Assembly (NCBI GenBank): GCA_977862235.1 | Contig: OZ374558.1 | Location: forward strand, 2,604,001-2,668,000 | Direction: 5' to 3' | Source: Dudresnaya verticillata | Taxonomy: Eukaryota | DNA: 64,000 nucleotides | Shown: piece by piece, positions 10,395 through 22,636 of the stretch | Numbering within the stretch: the first letter of the stretch is position 1 | Layout of the letters: each line of letters starts with the position of its first letter | The notes under the pieces: generated by a model | Database searches by the model: none | Told to the model about the DNA's origin: nothing | The model's input: only the letters and a program-made list of their open reading frames with translations | Position numbers and translations under genes: made by a program

Positions 10395-11620
10395 ACATAC
10401 GTGTTAAGCGGAAAGACCGGAGGGTCAACTGCTTTCCATCTATGCGTTTGGCAATACTGCGCACCCGAAGCGAGTCACTGTGCAGCCCGTACTCCTCATC
10501 ACCTCATCATGTATGTTTCCGCGTTCCACACACGAACTGTCCCATCTCTGAAACCCATCACAACGCTTTCCCCATTCTTTGAAATGGCAGCGCAGCATGC
10601 TTTGATGTTCTCCTCAAAGTTTTCCATTGCGCTTTCGCTTCCACTTCTCAATCCCGCCGCACTGGGGGTTTATTCCAGATCATCTGAGTTCGCCGTTGAG
10701 AGCCAGATTAGCCTGACATATTGCTTGCTCCACTCGCAAAATGTTCGCAACGAACGGCTCATTGTCTTCTTTCCCTCCGCAGCTCTGTATAACCCGCGTT
10801 TCGACGTAGCACGTGTCCATGACTTCGCATAGAACATGCAAAGTCTCAGCACGGGCATCGTTCGTTCCTTTCAGACAAGGTGTTAATGCCATGACCCACG
10901 GCTGTGGTGCTGAATTCTCAACTTCGGAGAGGAACCTCTCTATACATTCATTCGCACGTCCCGAACTTAGTCACGAAGCACGAAGTCTTGCGTATAATTG
11001 GAACCAAGTACAAGGGAGGCTACTTTCGTAGTGCGACCTGCTCATCCGAACAATTTTGCAAAGTTTCTACATCTTCAAGATGTCATTTTCGTCTTGCTTG
11101 TTAGTGACAAACGCATTCCATGGTCCAAAGAGACCCCCTCTTTTGCAACTCGCACCCGTTTCCAACGCTTCAGGAACATCTCCACCTCTTCATCCATTTG
11201 CAGGATTGCATTCATTGTTAACTTGCTCACGATCCATCGCGGGTGTGTAAACAACTTGTACGCTTCTTCCTCCTTCCTAACTTCCAGTAGCATTCTACGC
11301 ATATTCTGTATTGCATACCCGTCCTCTTCAATAGCCGCGGGCCAACAGCTTCCATAAAATACACCCTCTTTGAGATCAGATATATAACCTTCCAGAGTAA
11401 TCTCGAACATCTTTTGCGCTCCTCCGTGACATACGCGGTACACAGCATCCGAAAGCAATAGCAGGAAGAAAGTCAACGACAAGGTCCCGGTGAGTCTTGG
11501 TTTGGAAGTACATCGTAACGGAAGAGTCGATATCCTGGACCATCTCCCATATCTTTGGCGGTGCTCCATATAGAGACCAGCCAAGGAAATCGAACAATCA
11601 GAAGCATATTGCGCACCGTC
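10395..11620 (-). pseudogene. Degenerate STAND (NB-ARC, Apaf-1-like) WD40 gene fragment
   Basis: Manual translation gives WD40 repeats CAAISKNGKSVVMGFRDGTVRVWNAET and HSDSLRVRSIAKRIDGKQL. They follow a helical segment (DGYAIQNMRRMLL...LFTHPRWIVSKL) resembling the Apaf-1-type linker. Several stops and frameshifts. Confidence 0.6.
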
Positions 11621-12745
11621 AATGTTGTCATCATCATTGTCATTGCTTTCCGAATTCAGGGGCTCTGCGCCACTCGTGCGAAGCATGCTCCTGCGAAAAG
11701 GAAGACGGTAGGCAAGCAGCGTCGCTTGCATACAAGCCCAGCGCGTAGTGAGCTTCGCAAAGGGCCCCACCATTCCGCGGTAGAACGAGTCTTGGTGAGC
11801 GCCGCGGAGAGGACACCGCACTCAAGCTAGTGGGGCTTACTCCGGCTGTATTGGAGCGGACCGGGGGCAGAGCTGACGGCGCGGGCAGTGACGGAGGGCC
11901 GCAGGTCGGGATCAGCGAACGTCGGGCTTGGGCGGTGGCAAAGGCGGAGGGCTAACTCGGCTTGTGGCAGAGAGAGTCGACCAGACTTGGATGTGCCGAC
12001 ATTGAGGGAGGTTTTGAAGGTTTCCAGAGCGGATCGACCGCAGAAGGACATGAAGATTCCTTATCGTTGTTCTGTCGTGGCGTGAGGTTTTGCGCTCTGT
12101 CGCGGTGGCCGGTGTGAGCCGGGACCTTGCCTCAGCTCCCGCGAAGGGGATCGCCCACGCACATGTCGGACGCGCTGCGGTCAGGCAGAATGCCAGTCTT
12201 CATGCTCATTCCGTCCCAAGCTGTAACACACAGAATTCCCAGCAGTTTGGCGTGCGAGAACGCGGGCAGCTGATGGACGAGCGTGGGACAATCGTTGCGG
12301 TCAATATCATGGGCGACCGGGATGTACCAACAGAACGTTGTGAAGCGCGGCGAGCGCGAATGCACGAGCGGCAAGCGTGTGCTCTAACTTGAAGATGACA
12401 CAGATCCGTGCCCGTTGTGCGATTACGGTGATGCGTTACGATTGGAAAGGAGTGCAGGCAGGGACCGGCAGTGTCCGGCAGGTAGCGGTCAGCGCGGTAG
12501 AGAAGCGGGGCACGGAGCGACGCCGCGACCGCCGGCGAGAAGCGGCGAGCGGTGCGTCCTGCGCCGGCGGGCCGACGTGAGTGTCATGGCCGGCCGAGTC
12601 GGGCGTCGCGCGACTGTCGTAGGTGGTCAGGGGCGGCGGGGTCGACGCGGAAGGTGGTCGGTAGCGTTGATGAGCTCCATTCTCGGTTGATCGCGACCGG
12701 TCGTAGCGCGAATCCGGATCGGGGTGCCAAGTCGAAAATCGGTGT

Positions 12746-12832
12746 CGTGTCGCCATTGGGCCACTTGGCCCAACGAGAATTGGATCACCGCGTCCCCGTT
12801 GGGCCACTTGGCCCAACGAGAATCGGATCACG
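12746..12832. repeat. Two ~43-bp tandem units, each with the hairpin TTGGGCCA-CT-TGGCCCAA
   Basis: Hairpins at 12756-12773 and 12797-12818. Confidence 0.85.
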
Positions 12833-14509
12833 ACGTGCTCCTTGTCTGCTTGCATACCCGCCATCTCTCCGCGTCCAGAAAGGGAGCCGTCTCGTTGAGC
12901 GGAAAGTCGCAGACGTGGTTTCTCTCCGACCTCTATCAGTCTTTTGCACCATCAACCGCCGACGACTTACCCTCTCTCTAGGCCCTGCAGCCTCCGGGGC
13001 AAACTAGCCTCCCTCTTTGTGCACTCTTCAGCCTCTACAGATACAGTTTCCTCATCTATTTAAAAAAAGCTTGTGTGAGAGACTTTGAGACTTTTCGCAT
13101 ACATTGTGTTGATATAATTTTCCGTATTCCTTCGTGTGTAAAAGGCAGTGAGTGACCTTTTCCGCCTTCATTTGTCGGCAGCCCGGGAAAACTCTTTCGC
13201 TGGTCCCTGTGTGCACCACTCTGGGTCTTTTAAACCTGACGACCGCTGCGGCTACCAACCTTTTACACTTTGTTCTGCTCCTGACCAGTGTCAAACTCCC
13301 AAAACCCGTTTCGCTCCCCGCCCCAACTGTCGAGACTGGGGCCCACTCCTTAACCCTTTCCATACACCCAACTATTCGTGTAGCCTCCATTTCTCGCCCT
13401 ATTCCCTTTCTCGCGTCTTTGGGCTCTAAGGAGTTTTGTAGCGTTGAAAGGGCGTGCGTGGCAGCATTGTTCGGTCTGGAGCCATTAATGGCGGTCTTGA
13501 TGTGCGGCATGAGCGGTTATATGTGGAATGCAGCGGTGCAGAACGCAGGATCCGGCCGATATGAAGAACGACGAGAAGGAGAGGCCCGCTGTAGATGGAG
13601 GTGCACGCAGGCCAAGGGGAACAGATGTCGCCGTCTGGGTGATTGCGATGCAATGGAAGGATTGATGGCCGAGGGTAATCGCAAAAGAACGCACAAACAG
13701 AAGTGCAAAGTGCTTTCACGGAGCAGTGGTGCGAGAACGGTGGTCGTAAGGGTCGAAGCATGAGATGAAGAAGCACAAAGGGGAAGGTTCATGGAAGTCG
13801 GAACGGTGGGAGTGGAGGTGGCGAGAGTCAGAGTCGATCGGGTTGAGGGGGCTTGGCCGGTGATGGGGGAACGGCGTGAGGGAAAGTGATAGCGCCTCAC
13901 GGTTTTCGGTAAGGGAACAAGTCACTGTGAGGGGTAGATATGCAGAGGCATCGTCCACGCGGGATCGCGGTGCACCGGGGCACTTGCCCTGCCGTGGAGC
14001 GCTCAACATGGGCAACGGACGCACCGCAGATCCAAGAGGTGTGGTGCAACCGGCCTGGGAGGCCGGGGGTGGAGGGAGACTTACAAGAATATTCGGAAGA
14101 CGGAGATGGAGAGTCACTGGTGGCTCCTACGACACGATGGTTGCGGGGGATGGAGGTGGGGTCGTCACGTGTTTGGGGCTGGTTGAAGGTTTGGCGCGGG
14201 TGTTAGTCGGCGCGAGCGAACTTGCTCCCGTCGATGATGTGCCACGAGTTCGACAGGACCGGGTTGAGCCCTGCGGTGTAGGCGAGGTGATCTGCGCAGG
14301 TTCGGTCGGTGATGGTCGGTCGCATTTTTCGAGGGTCGAGCGGCTGCGCCAGCCGAGGGCCGGCAAATTACGGTATAAAAGGGGTGCATCACCGCTTCTC
14401 TCTCCGCCTAATCCCTACTGCCACAGCTCTCAGCGCAGCCTACGTCCCAAACGGAAGCACTCTCGTCCCGGGGGCGCCTAACCCCAACACTCTTGTCCTC
14501 TTCCCTTTC

Positions 14510-15822
14510 ATGCTCCGCCCCCCACGCCCCTCCAGCTCCACGTTGCATTCCTCTGTATCCGCTGTCCAACCGGCCCGCCCTTCTCTCACCGCCACCAGGG
14601 GCACTACTCGGGCCGCACTACCGGGCCGCCAGCCCTTCTCCCCTATCCATGCCGCAAAGGCTTTCGTCGCCATCTACTACCGCGTCGCCGCAACCGCCCC
14701 GTATCTGCTTTCGGAGCTCTACAGCTCAAGCTCCGTACTCCACCATGGACACCATGGCCACACATACAGTGCAGTCGGAATGAAAGAAATCGCCTCTCTA
14801 GCCCCTTCTCTCCCGCTTGCCCGCGCTGTGGACATTGCCTCCGTCGCTAACCTCACTGTCCAGCTCACTGGTATGGGAAGCTATCTCATCACTGTTCTGG
14901 GAACTTTCTCAGCCGCTGACGGTCAGACTTCCATCTTCTCTCAAACGTTCATCCTCGAGAAGCAGGGTAATTCGCACGACAAACATCTATATTGCCGCAA
15001 TGACATCTTCATAGATGTTAACAACGCCCTGCCCACGAGCAAACATTCAAATATGGACTTCTTGAAGAAGGCGAAGAAGACGGAGGTGACCTGTGAGAAG
15101 CAGGCACGGACGCACCCAACTGCCACCCAGCGGTCAGCATCACAGCCTCGTGGCGTCCCTCCGGGCCCAGAACGCTTCTAAGAACACTGGCCAGCTCTGA
15201 CAAAGGCTACAGATACCGACATGAATAGCTCACGCCGGTCCCAGTGACCCGCTGTGCGCAGGGTCGAATCGAAGTCTGACCAGGGCCCCGCAAAAGTCCA
15301 GGCCCTCAGCCCCTTACTTCATGATGAGAAATGGGTTAAGCCGGGGAGAGCCCAGGATGCGCGGAAGACTAATTGTGCGCAGTCGTTGACTGGTCGGGTG
15401 TCGGTGAAAAAGACCGGGAGGATGTTGGCTTCCAGCACGGTAACTCGTGTCCCTGGGAGGGCTCAGCCTGAAATTGCTCCGCATAGAAAGCCAGATGCTG
15501 TCTGTATCGCGACAAGGAGTACACAGCAGGCCCCGAAACTGTGGAAACAAGCAGAGCAGGACTCCAAGGCCCAGGTTAGGAATTCTGCTGTCAGTCTTCT
15601 GCGCAGCTTGGGCCATACAGCTATGGAAGACGAAAAGCGTTGTGGCGAGACCTTCGTGAGGAGCTTGGGCAGTATGGGTTTAAGGTTCGCCATGTCGAGG
15701 TGAAGATGCGAAAGAAAATCGCATTTGCTGAGTTCGAGACGAAAGAAGGTGTACGCGCTGCGGTAGCAGCTTGGGCGAATGGTCCGCGTACTGAGGGCAA
15801 GTTCGCGGGCATCCCACTTTAG
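14510..15822 (+). pseudogene. NTF2 plus RRM (G3BP/Rasputin-like) pseudogene
   Basis: NTF2 motifs AKAFVAIYY and FSQTFILE...LYCRNDIF. In-frame stops at 15179 and 15245. RRM (EELGQYG...IAFAEFETKEGVRAAV) is in a shifted frame. TATAAA near 14374. Confidence 0.75.
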
Positions 15823-18047
15823 AGAAGTTATAGGACACTCTCTCGTAGGTTTTGGATAAATGGTAGATCTCTTCACTATGTCCGTGATCAGATACCTAGT
15901 TTATCAGAGGCACTACTCTATGCCTCTATTTATACCCAGCTAGCTAATACCAGGGATACTCTATTACACTTACCTTTTCCTTAACAGCAAAGCATACACG
16001 ATATTCAGGTGATTTCTTATATGACAAGGATGCAATAACTGCTTCTATCAATTTCCACTTGGATGCTTCAGCAAGGAAGCAAGTGTATACAACATATATC
16101 CTGTATCCAAAAAACTAGTAGAGTTGTATTGCAACATTTTTCAGACCACTCAAGGTACGGGAGCAGCGTCCGCACAAGAAATGGAATTCATGAGTCCTCT
16201 TGAAGTCACGCGTGGAGGGTAAGGGCTCGAAGGGAAGATTTCATTGCTTTCGTCTCAATCGGCCGACATCCGCGTACATTGAACTGAACTGAACAGTTCA
16301 CTGTTGCGGACAACACCACGGGTTGATGGTTGTAATGTTTAGTAGCCCTCTAGCGCAGCTCATTTGTGCGACCCTTTCTCCATTGACGCGCAGCTCTGTT
16401 CTTTGCAATGTTTATTCACTGCTCTTCGCCTCGCGCGAAAGAATTCCTGTATCGTTTTGGCGCAAATGAATTGCGCCGAATGTAAACACATTGAGTTTTG
16501 TTCTACTTAACTTTAAAGCTTAAGATTCAAGACATTGCTTCGTCACGCAAAAACCCCTTATTTTTCGCTCGGGGAAGAAGTGCTGTTTGGTTTTAATGAA
16601 AGTTTTGTCCTTCCATGCTGATAAATGCGGACGGAGCGGTATTGAGATCGTCGTGGGACGACGGGCTGCGTGGGGAATGATGAGTGGGCGTTTCCAAACG
16701 GCATCTGAAATGCGTTGCAGCCAACAATAGCGTAGATCGCCGCGGTGCCCCTGCGGGAGCAAACGAACCGCGGCACCCAGATTTACCATGCCCCTTGAAG
16801 AAGTTTTACTTAAAAGAATCTAACAATTCAGGACTCTAAAACTCGAGCAAGTGGACTAGTGTTGTTTGATTTATTAGTCTTTGTGGTCTTTCCTGATGCC
16901 AGGGACTCCATGGAGCTCACAAACTGACCGACAAAGCGAGGCTCTCGTCGTTTTCTCCGTGCGGCAGTATTGGAAGTTCTACTCGAGGCTTCTGTACTAG
17001 AGCAGGTGTGGCAGCTTGGGCAGGTTCTCCAAGGGTCTTTTGAACTTCGGCGTGGTTCACGGGCGGCGCAGCGTTGTGGAGTTGGGCTTGATGAGAACGG
17101 CAGTTTGCATCTGAGTTTGACTGCGGTATTGGAGGAGGCCTGGTGGTGCTAGGGTGGCTTTTAGAGAGCAGCACTGATAAGTTTCAATGCAACTGTGGCG
17201 TGGGAGGAGTGGTTATCTTGCGCACAGGCGGGTTGTTGTGAAGGCGATACGATGCGGGTAGTAGTTGCTGGACGGGCTGAAGTAGAAATGGGACTTCGGC
17301 CGTCTGCTGAGTTGAGAGAAGGATGGTTTCAATTGGCTGCCGCATTCGGCCGTAGCACAACCAATCAGCACCCACCAGCACGGCATCTGCTCTTTTGAGA
17401 GTGCTGATTGGACGGGTTTCGGGCGGAAGGAATTGATCCGGCGGCGCATTTGAAATTCGGCGGAGGGAGCACCCACCACGAAGTGCATGTGCCTGTAACA
17501 TTCCATGCGTTGCGTATGCCTGCTGGGACCCCGACAGGCGCACCACTACCTTGTCGGCCACGCAACGCGAACCGCACAACCCAAGCGCCCCACACTCTCC
17601 CACGCACGTGGCGTAGCAGCCTGCCCCTGCACTGCGCCTCTCCTTCTCCCCAAGGCACTTTGAAAAGAGCAAGACCACAGCGCCGTGTTTCGGCGTTCTT
17701 CCAATTAGATGGCGGTAGGTGGAGCTTCCCCGGACCGGGATGGAGAAATTGTGCAGAACGCGTGTGATGGCGGACCCGTTTAAGTTCAAGAACTGCTGGT
17801 GGCCGAGCTCATCAAGGAGGGTATTGGGGTCTTGGGCGACATCGGGGGCGGTACACAGGAAGGTACAGAGAGGGGGTTGGTAGAAACGACGGACAGCACC
17901 GTGGGCCGTGGAGTACTAGCGAACCGCTCTGAAGCCATCGCGAAGCGAAGGAGAGACCATGTGCGCGGGTCGCAGCGGAGTCAGTGACGTGGGTAGAGCT
18001 TTGGGAGGCAGGAGGGCGAGTCGGGCTATATTATGAGAGAAGCACGG

Positions 18048-18328
18048 CCTGTACCCCGGAAGCTTTTCCCAGCCTTCCCTCTCCGGGTACTAACATAAAC
18101 CGGCCGCATGGGTGCACCACGGTCGAGCTCCTAGTTCTCGATTTAATTCTCACCCGGATATGGCATCTTCTGGTTCTCCCCTAGACGGATCTCAAGGTCT
18201 TCGAGATATCAGAGTTTTTCGCTTCGGGGCACTCAATCAGCATGGGCATGTGACCTGCACAGATGCAGGGCTCCGCGGGTCACGACTGCGGCACATGAAG
18301 CACCTTCGGATTTGATAATTGCACCGCA
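18048..18328 (-). pseudogene. Frameshifted inverted copy of the 3' part of the 22208-22636 zinc-finger ORF
   Basis: Reverse complement aligns by eye to 22451-22734 at roughly 80% identity with indels; retains EDLEIR...KMPYPGE. Confidence 0.8.
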
Positions 18329-18428
18329 GCTGGCTGTGTGAATCACAATCTATTGGGACTTTTTAACAGATTCTGTGCTGACAAGCCCGCTGAGAAACAT
18401 ACTGAACAAACCCCTAATACCTCTGAGT

Positions 18429-20375
18429 CTATCCGTGCTCAGACTCGTTCTTATCCCAACACTCCTTACACGCCCCCTGCAAACAGCGACCGCACATGGC
18501 AGAGCACCCGTTGCAAAATATTCCCATATCCCCGCCGCAGTGCGCCTTGCATCCTAAGCAGACCGGAACTTTGCAGTTCGCGCAATCATTCCGGCATGAC
18601 CAGCATATCTCCCCGCTCTGACAGGCCTGGAACGTTGATGTACAAGGAAAGCGACAGTTCGAACAAACAAGCCGCGAACCGCATCCAACACATCTGTCAC
18701 AATCTATGCAGCAAGTGTTCCTGCAGTGCCTGCATGAGAGCGCACATGTGGTACAGGTTGATCGTTTGCATTTCTCACATTCGGTGAGACATTCCCGGCA
18801 CAGAGCCTCATCACAGCGGGTGCATTTTCCCACGCAATCAACACAGCTTTCCTTTTTGCAATGCTTGCAATTCACCATACACAACATGCAGCATATTCTC
18901 TTGCATTGGAAACACTCTGATGTGTTCTTATGGTACCGACAGATGTTGCAACAAGCACAGCAGCTCAACGTCGATATACCAGTAAGAGGTAAGGCTCGGG
19001 ATTCATTGTTCTCACCTTGAAGGTTATCCCCGCTAATAGCGGCCAGTATTTCTTCTAAACATTCGTCGGTTCTGTTGGCAATATTTCGATGGGCTCGCAG
19101 GCTGTCTCCAACTTCATCTGCTAGATCCTTGCCATCTTGTCGAGAACCTCTCTGACTTTCGCGGGGTACATCATTATATGCCAGTTTGCCCGTTCTCTGC
19201 CTCTCTAGATTGCAATCCGCTGCGCAGCTTCCGCAATGAGCCTGTCCACAAAGAGCACAGGCCGAGATGGTTTTGTAATACTGAGATGCACCGCAGCGGC
19301 CGCATATGGAATACTTCGAAGCAGCATCAGACACCCGCACCTGGTCTACCACAACCTGTAGTCCCTCGGCAGCTTTCATTGCCCTTTCTGGCCTCGCGCG
19401 ATCTGTAAGATGTTTGGAATCGTCTAGGACCTGCCTACCGGGCATTCCGTTCACTTCTACCTGAGAAACATCCACTAGAGCCTGTCCTCTCAGCGCTTCA
19501 TTCATCTCTTTCCGAGAAACATCAACTGGAATATGCTCACTGGTTCCATTCACCTCTGCCCCAGAACCGGGCATAACGGTTCCACCGTGATCTGGCTCGG
19601 GCTGTCCTCTGAGACGAGCAACCAAGCTGCCGGTGCAGTGCGATGGAGATTCTAAATACCGCCCAAGGTCCTTCCATAAGGAGAGACAATCATTCTGGCA
19701 CGGATAGCACTGGGGGGATTGGCAATATTCGCAAAGAGACATGTCTCCTTGGTACAAGGAGTTTTGGCAGCTGTAGCAGGTCAGGAAGTTGGAGGGGTTT
19801 CCAGAGGTCGTTGCGTCGTCACATTGGCGCTCCGGCCGGTTCTTACTCTTATTCAAGCTCTGTTGCTCTTCAGTTTGAATCGGTTGGTAGCCCGGACGCA
19901 CACCGCATGCTTTCAATAGCTTTTTTGACTCCACTGCTGGAGACAAGGGAGCTCCGAAGTCCTCTTGGACATCGTCTGCCGTACGCAGCTGCCGAAGAGC
20001 GGCAGTTTCCAAGCTTCCGCTGCGATGCTGCGGAGTGCTTTTAGGCTCTTGCGAGGTGTTGTTCCGCAAGGTCTCGCAGATGGGGTGAATACGTGCTCGC
20101 TTGCGGGATGTTTGAGCTGGGACCGACGAATGCTCGGCAGGGAGCCTCTGCCTAGGTGCGGAATCCCTTCTTGTTGTCGGTTCAACCTGGGGTCGGCTTG
20201 GTGGCACAGACGCAACGGGGGCTGGCGACTGAGCTACTGCCCGGGGCGGCGGAACAAGAACATCGGAGTGGGGCATCTCCAGATCCGGCATGGTGAGGAA
20301 GGTGTGCCCAGGTGGCGGGCTGAAATGCTCTCGTTTGGGGCTCGCCTCGTCAGGGCTGGCGCTGCTGCGGCACAT
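18429..20375 (-). CDS. Cys-rich zinc-finger protein: FYVE-like CX2C-X11-CX2C-X4-CX2C modules plus a C-terminal CxxC repeat tract
   Basis: 648-aa ORF with disordered N-terminus, modules such as CYSC..CEYC..CYPC and CGRC..CALC..CGSC, and many periodic CxxC pairs. Confidence 0.8.
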   Translation of the reverse strand: MCRSSASPDEASPKREHFSPPPGHTFLTMPDLEMPHSDVLVPPPRAVAQSPAPVASVPPSRPQVEPTTRRDSAPRQRLPAEHSSVPAQTSRKRARIHPICETLRNNTSQEPKSTPQHRSGSLETAALRQLRTADDVQEDFGAPLSPAVESKKLLKACGVRPGYQPIQTEEQQSLNKSKNRPERQCDDATTSGNPSNFLTCYSCQNSLYQGDMSLCEYCQSPQCYPCQNDCLSLWKDLGRYLESPSHCTGSLVARLRGQPEPDHGGTVMPGSGAEVNGTSEHIPVDVSRKEMNEALRGQALVDVSQVEVNGMPGRQVLDDSKHLTDRARPERAMKAAEGLQVVVDQVRVSDAASKYSICGRCGASQYYKTISACALCGQAHCGSCAADCNLERQRTGKLAYNDVPRESQRGSRQDGKDLADEVGDSLRAHRNIANRTDECLEEILAAISGDNLQGENNESRALPLTGISTLSCCACCNICRYHKNTSECFQCKRICCMLCMVNCKHCKKESCVDCVGKCTRCDEALCRECLTECEKCKRSTCTTCALSCRHCRNTCCIDCDRCVGCGSRLVCSNCRFPCTSTFQACQSGEICWSCRNDCANCKVPVCLGCKAHCGGDMGIFCNGCSAMCGRCLQGACKECWDKNESEHG

Positions 20376-22207
20376 GGCAATGCGGGGTTAGGAGGTACTT
20401 GCGACAGGTATGTGCGCACGGCGCTGCTGAATGTGTGAAGGAGGGTAGACGTGGAGGTGGATGGTTGTGAACAGATCGGCGTAGAGAAGGAGGATCGGAT
20501 TGCGGTTTTGAAGAGAAGGGAGTGATGCTTGAGGCGGGGGTTCGGCCGCGGGCGCAGATGGGAAGGTGTTTTCGGCGTGTGCAGAGCGAGAGAAGTATGA
20601 AGGATACAGCCAATCAGGCGCGCGCAGCATGAAATCCGTTTTCGGACTTCTTTCGGACGGCGGAAAGGATCGGCGGTCCATCGCCGCCGCCGCCGCTATA
20701 AAGTGGATAAATGGCGGACGAAGGGAGTGGGTGGGGAGCATTCTATGATGGGCGAGTCGGCGCATACTCGCGGGTTCTGCGAAGCATACTCTTGCTCGGT
20801 GGCGCTTGCCACGCAACGACCGGACTTCGAACTCTCGCAGCTGGGCGCGCGAGAGAAAGAGAGGAAGACAGGATCCGACCATAGGCATAGTCGCTCTCTC
20901 TTTAACTCATTTCTCTTGCAAACTCAGAGATTAGTTCTGGGCCGAGAGAGGCGTCGCACTGCGCGTGGGAAGCGTTTCGGTGCACCGCGCGAAGAAAAGC
21001 GGGCCGAGGAAAGCAACGGGGGTGTTAGAGCAAGTCAACGTGAATTTGAGTGCCAGCGCCGGTGTTAATCTTCGAGGAGGTAGCGGGGGCTCGCCGCGCA
21101 ACTTGAATTTCTGCATGCTAAGAACCAGCCTCCCTACGACAGCAGGTTGAAATGATACAGCCTACTTAGAAAAACCGAAAGCCAAGTGGCACCGTAGCCG
21201 AAGCGGAGCAGTAGTGGCATTGCGTACGGGGAGCACCGCGGGGATTCACCAACCCGTATCTGGTGTAGCAGCACAGGACACGCAGCGAAAGCGGAGAAAC
21301 AACACTTAGACTCATAAACTCCTTCAAGCATTTATGCAGTGAGGATTCCCTCAGTGGCAATATTATTTTGCTTAGCTACCGTCTTGGGGAGGAGGGATGC
21401 AGCAGCGCTTGAGTTTTGATAACAGGCCTGCTACGTCGTCGCGTATGGTGGAAGCGCGTGTCGTATGGTTGTGCGGTCGGCGTTGCGTGCCGAGCACGAT
21501 GGTAGTGCAACGCGTCTGGCTGGCTCACAGCGTGCAGAAGAGACGCAAATACATTCGCTTCGGGGTGGTTTAACCCTCACCTGATGTTGCTGCTGGTAAC
21601 CGTTGTCGCTTCTCGGCTCTGTCCTGACCATTTCTGTGTGCCGACTGCACCGGGGATCAAGCTGTAACAAGCCACTCGGCCCGAAATGCACCCAATTTCG
21701 GATGCCCGTGGTGCGTTCGAGACCCTCTTGTGCTCCGTTCGGTCAACATCGTTCCGCTGCAAACCGTGGGCATCTTGTACCCTCCAGACATACCCGTGAC
21801 AGCGTATGCTCCGGCCCCGTAGAATTTAGAAGCCTATTCTTCCGCCACCACGGCCGTTCCGCCCACAGCCTTCCCACCAGCACTCGCAACCACATCCTCC
21901 CGCGCCCACACACCCAATGCTAGAACAAAAACGCCTTTCCGTCCCGCTTGACGTTTACAGGTCCTCTCACCCCACAGCCACCAACAGCGTGAGACTCTTT
22001 CCTGCATCCCAAATGCAGGTCCCCTTCGGTCTTCCAGTCTGCTACAGACATCACCTCTAGCAATGCTCTGTCCAAAACCAACTCCCCCTCCTGCAACAAT
22101 ATCATATCGCAGCGCCGCACCAGAAATCCTCGGACCTGTTAAGGAATCAGTATGCCGCTACGTACCAGGACCAGCAAACTCCTGCCGGGGCGTGTTCCTC
22201 CGCCAGC

Positions 22208-22636
22208 ATGGTGTTTACTGCGGATTACTGCGGAATGAGGACCAACCCGCCCAAGCCCTCGGCTTGTCAGGGCTCGCACCAGCACCCCACCCGTCACTGC
22301 CTCTGTGAGCTGCAGCGTGCCATCGCATACCCGAAAATGCTCGTCGAAACCCAATTCTTTCAGCCCGTGGTTACCGGCGAACGGCCCTGTCAAGACAAGA
22401 AGAAGCCCAGTCATTGGGAGGGTGGTCGCTTTGGCCACGGGAGCCTCTTTTGCGGTGCAATTGTCAAACTCCGAAGGTGCTTCATGTGCCGCAGAAGTGT
22501 GAGCCGCGGAGCCCAGCATCTTTGCAGGACATGTGCCCATGCTGAGTGCCCCCGGTGTCAAAAGCTCTGCTTTCTCGAAGACGTCGAGATCCGTGTATGG
22601 GAGAACGTGAAGATGCCGTATCCGGGTGAGTATTAA
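22208..22636 (+). CDS. Small zinc-finger ORF (FYVE-like spacing), start uncertain
   Basis: CFMC-X11-CRTC-X4-CPRC; a decayed duplicate exists at 18048-18328. Confidence 0.45.
   Translation: MVFTADYCGMRTNPPKPSACQGSHQHPTRHCLCELQRAIAYPKMLVETQFFQPVVTGERPCQDKKKPSHWEGGRFGHGSLFCGAIVKLRRCFMCRRSVSRGAQHLCRTCAHAECPRCQKLCFLEDVEIRVWENVKMPYPGEY

Larger units (their letters stand above)
1..10429 (+). repeat. Tandem array of a ~3.09-kb gene-containing unit (3 full units plus a partial; continues left of the window)
   Basis: Units 1158-4249 (3092 bp), 4250-7347 (3098 bp), 7348-10429 (3082 bp). Internal junction GGGTCAAC|GCGTCGGC; final exit GGGTCAAC|TGCTTTCC. Differences seen: (GA)n length, a small indel before the ATG, one synonymous SNP at 9196. 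Confidence 0.98.

Noticed and set aside
13052..14481. Overlapping 130-200-aa ORFs on both strands
   Set aside because: No recognisable domain; may be a decayed gene but cannot be assigned.
17184..17960. ADAVLVGAD motif suggesting the eIF2B/isomerase family
   Set aside because: Single short motif in a broken frame; the surrounding family motifs are absent.
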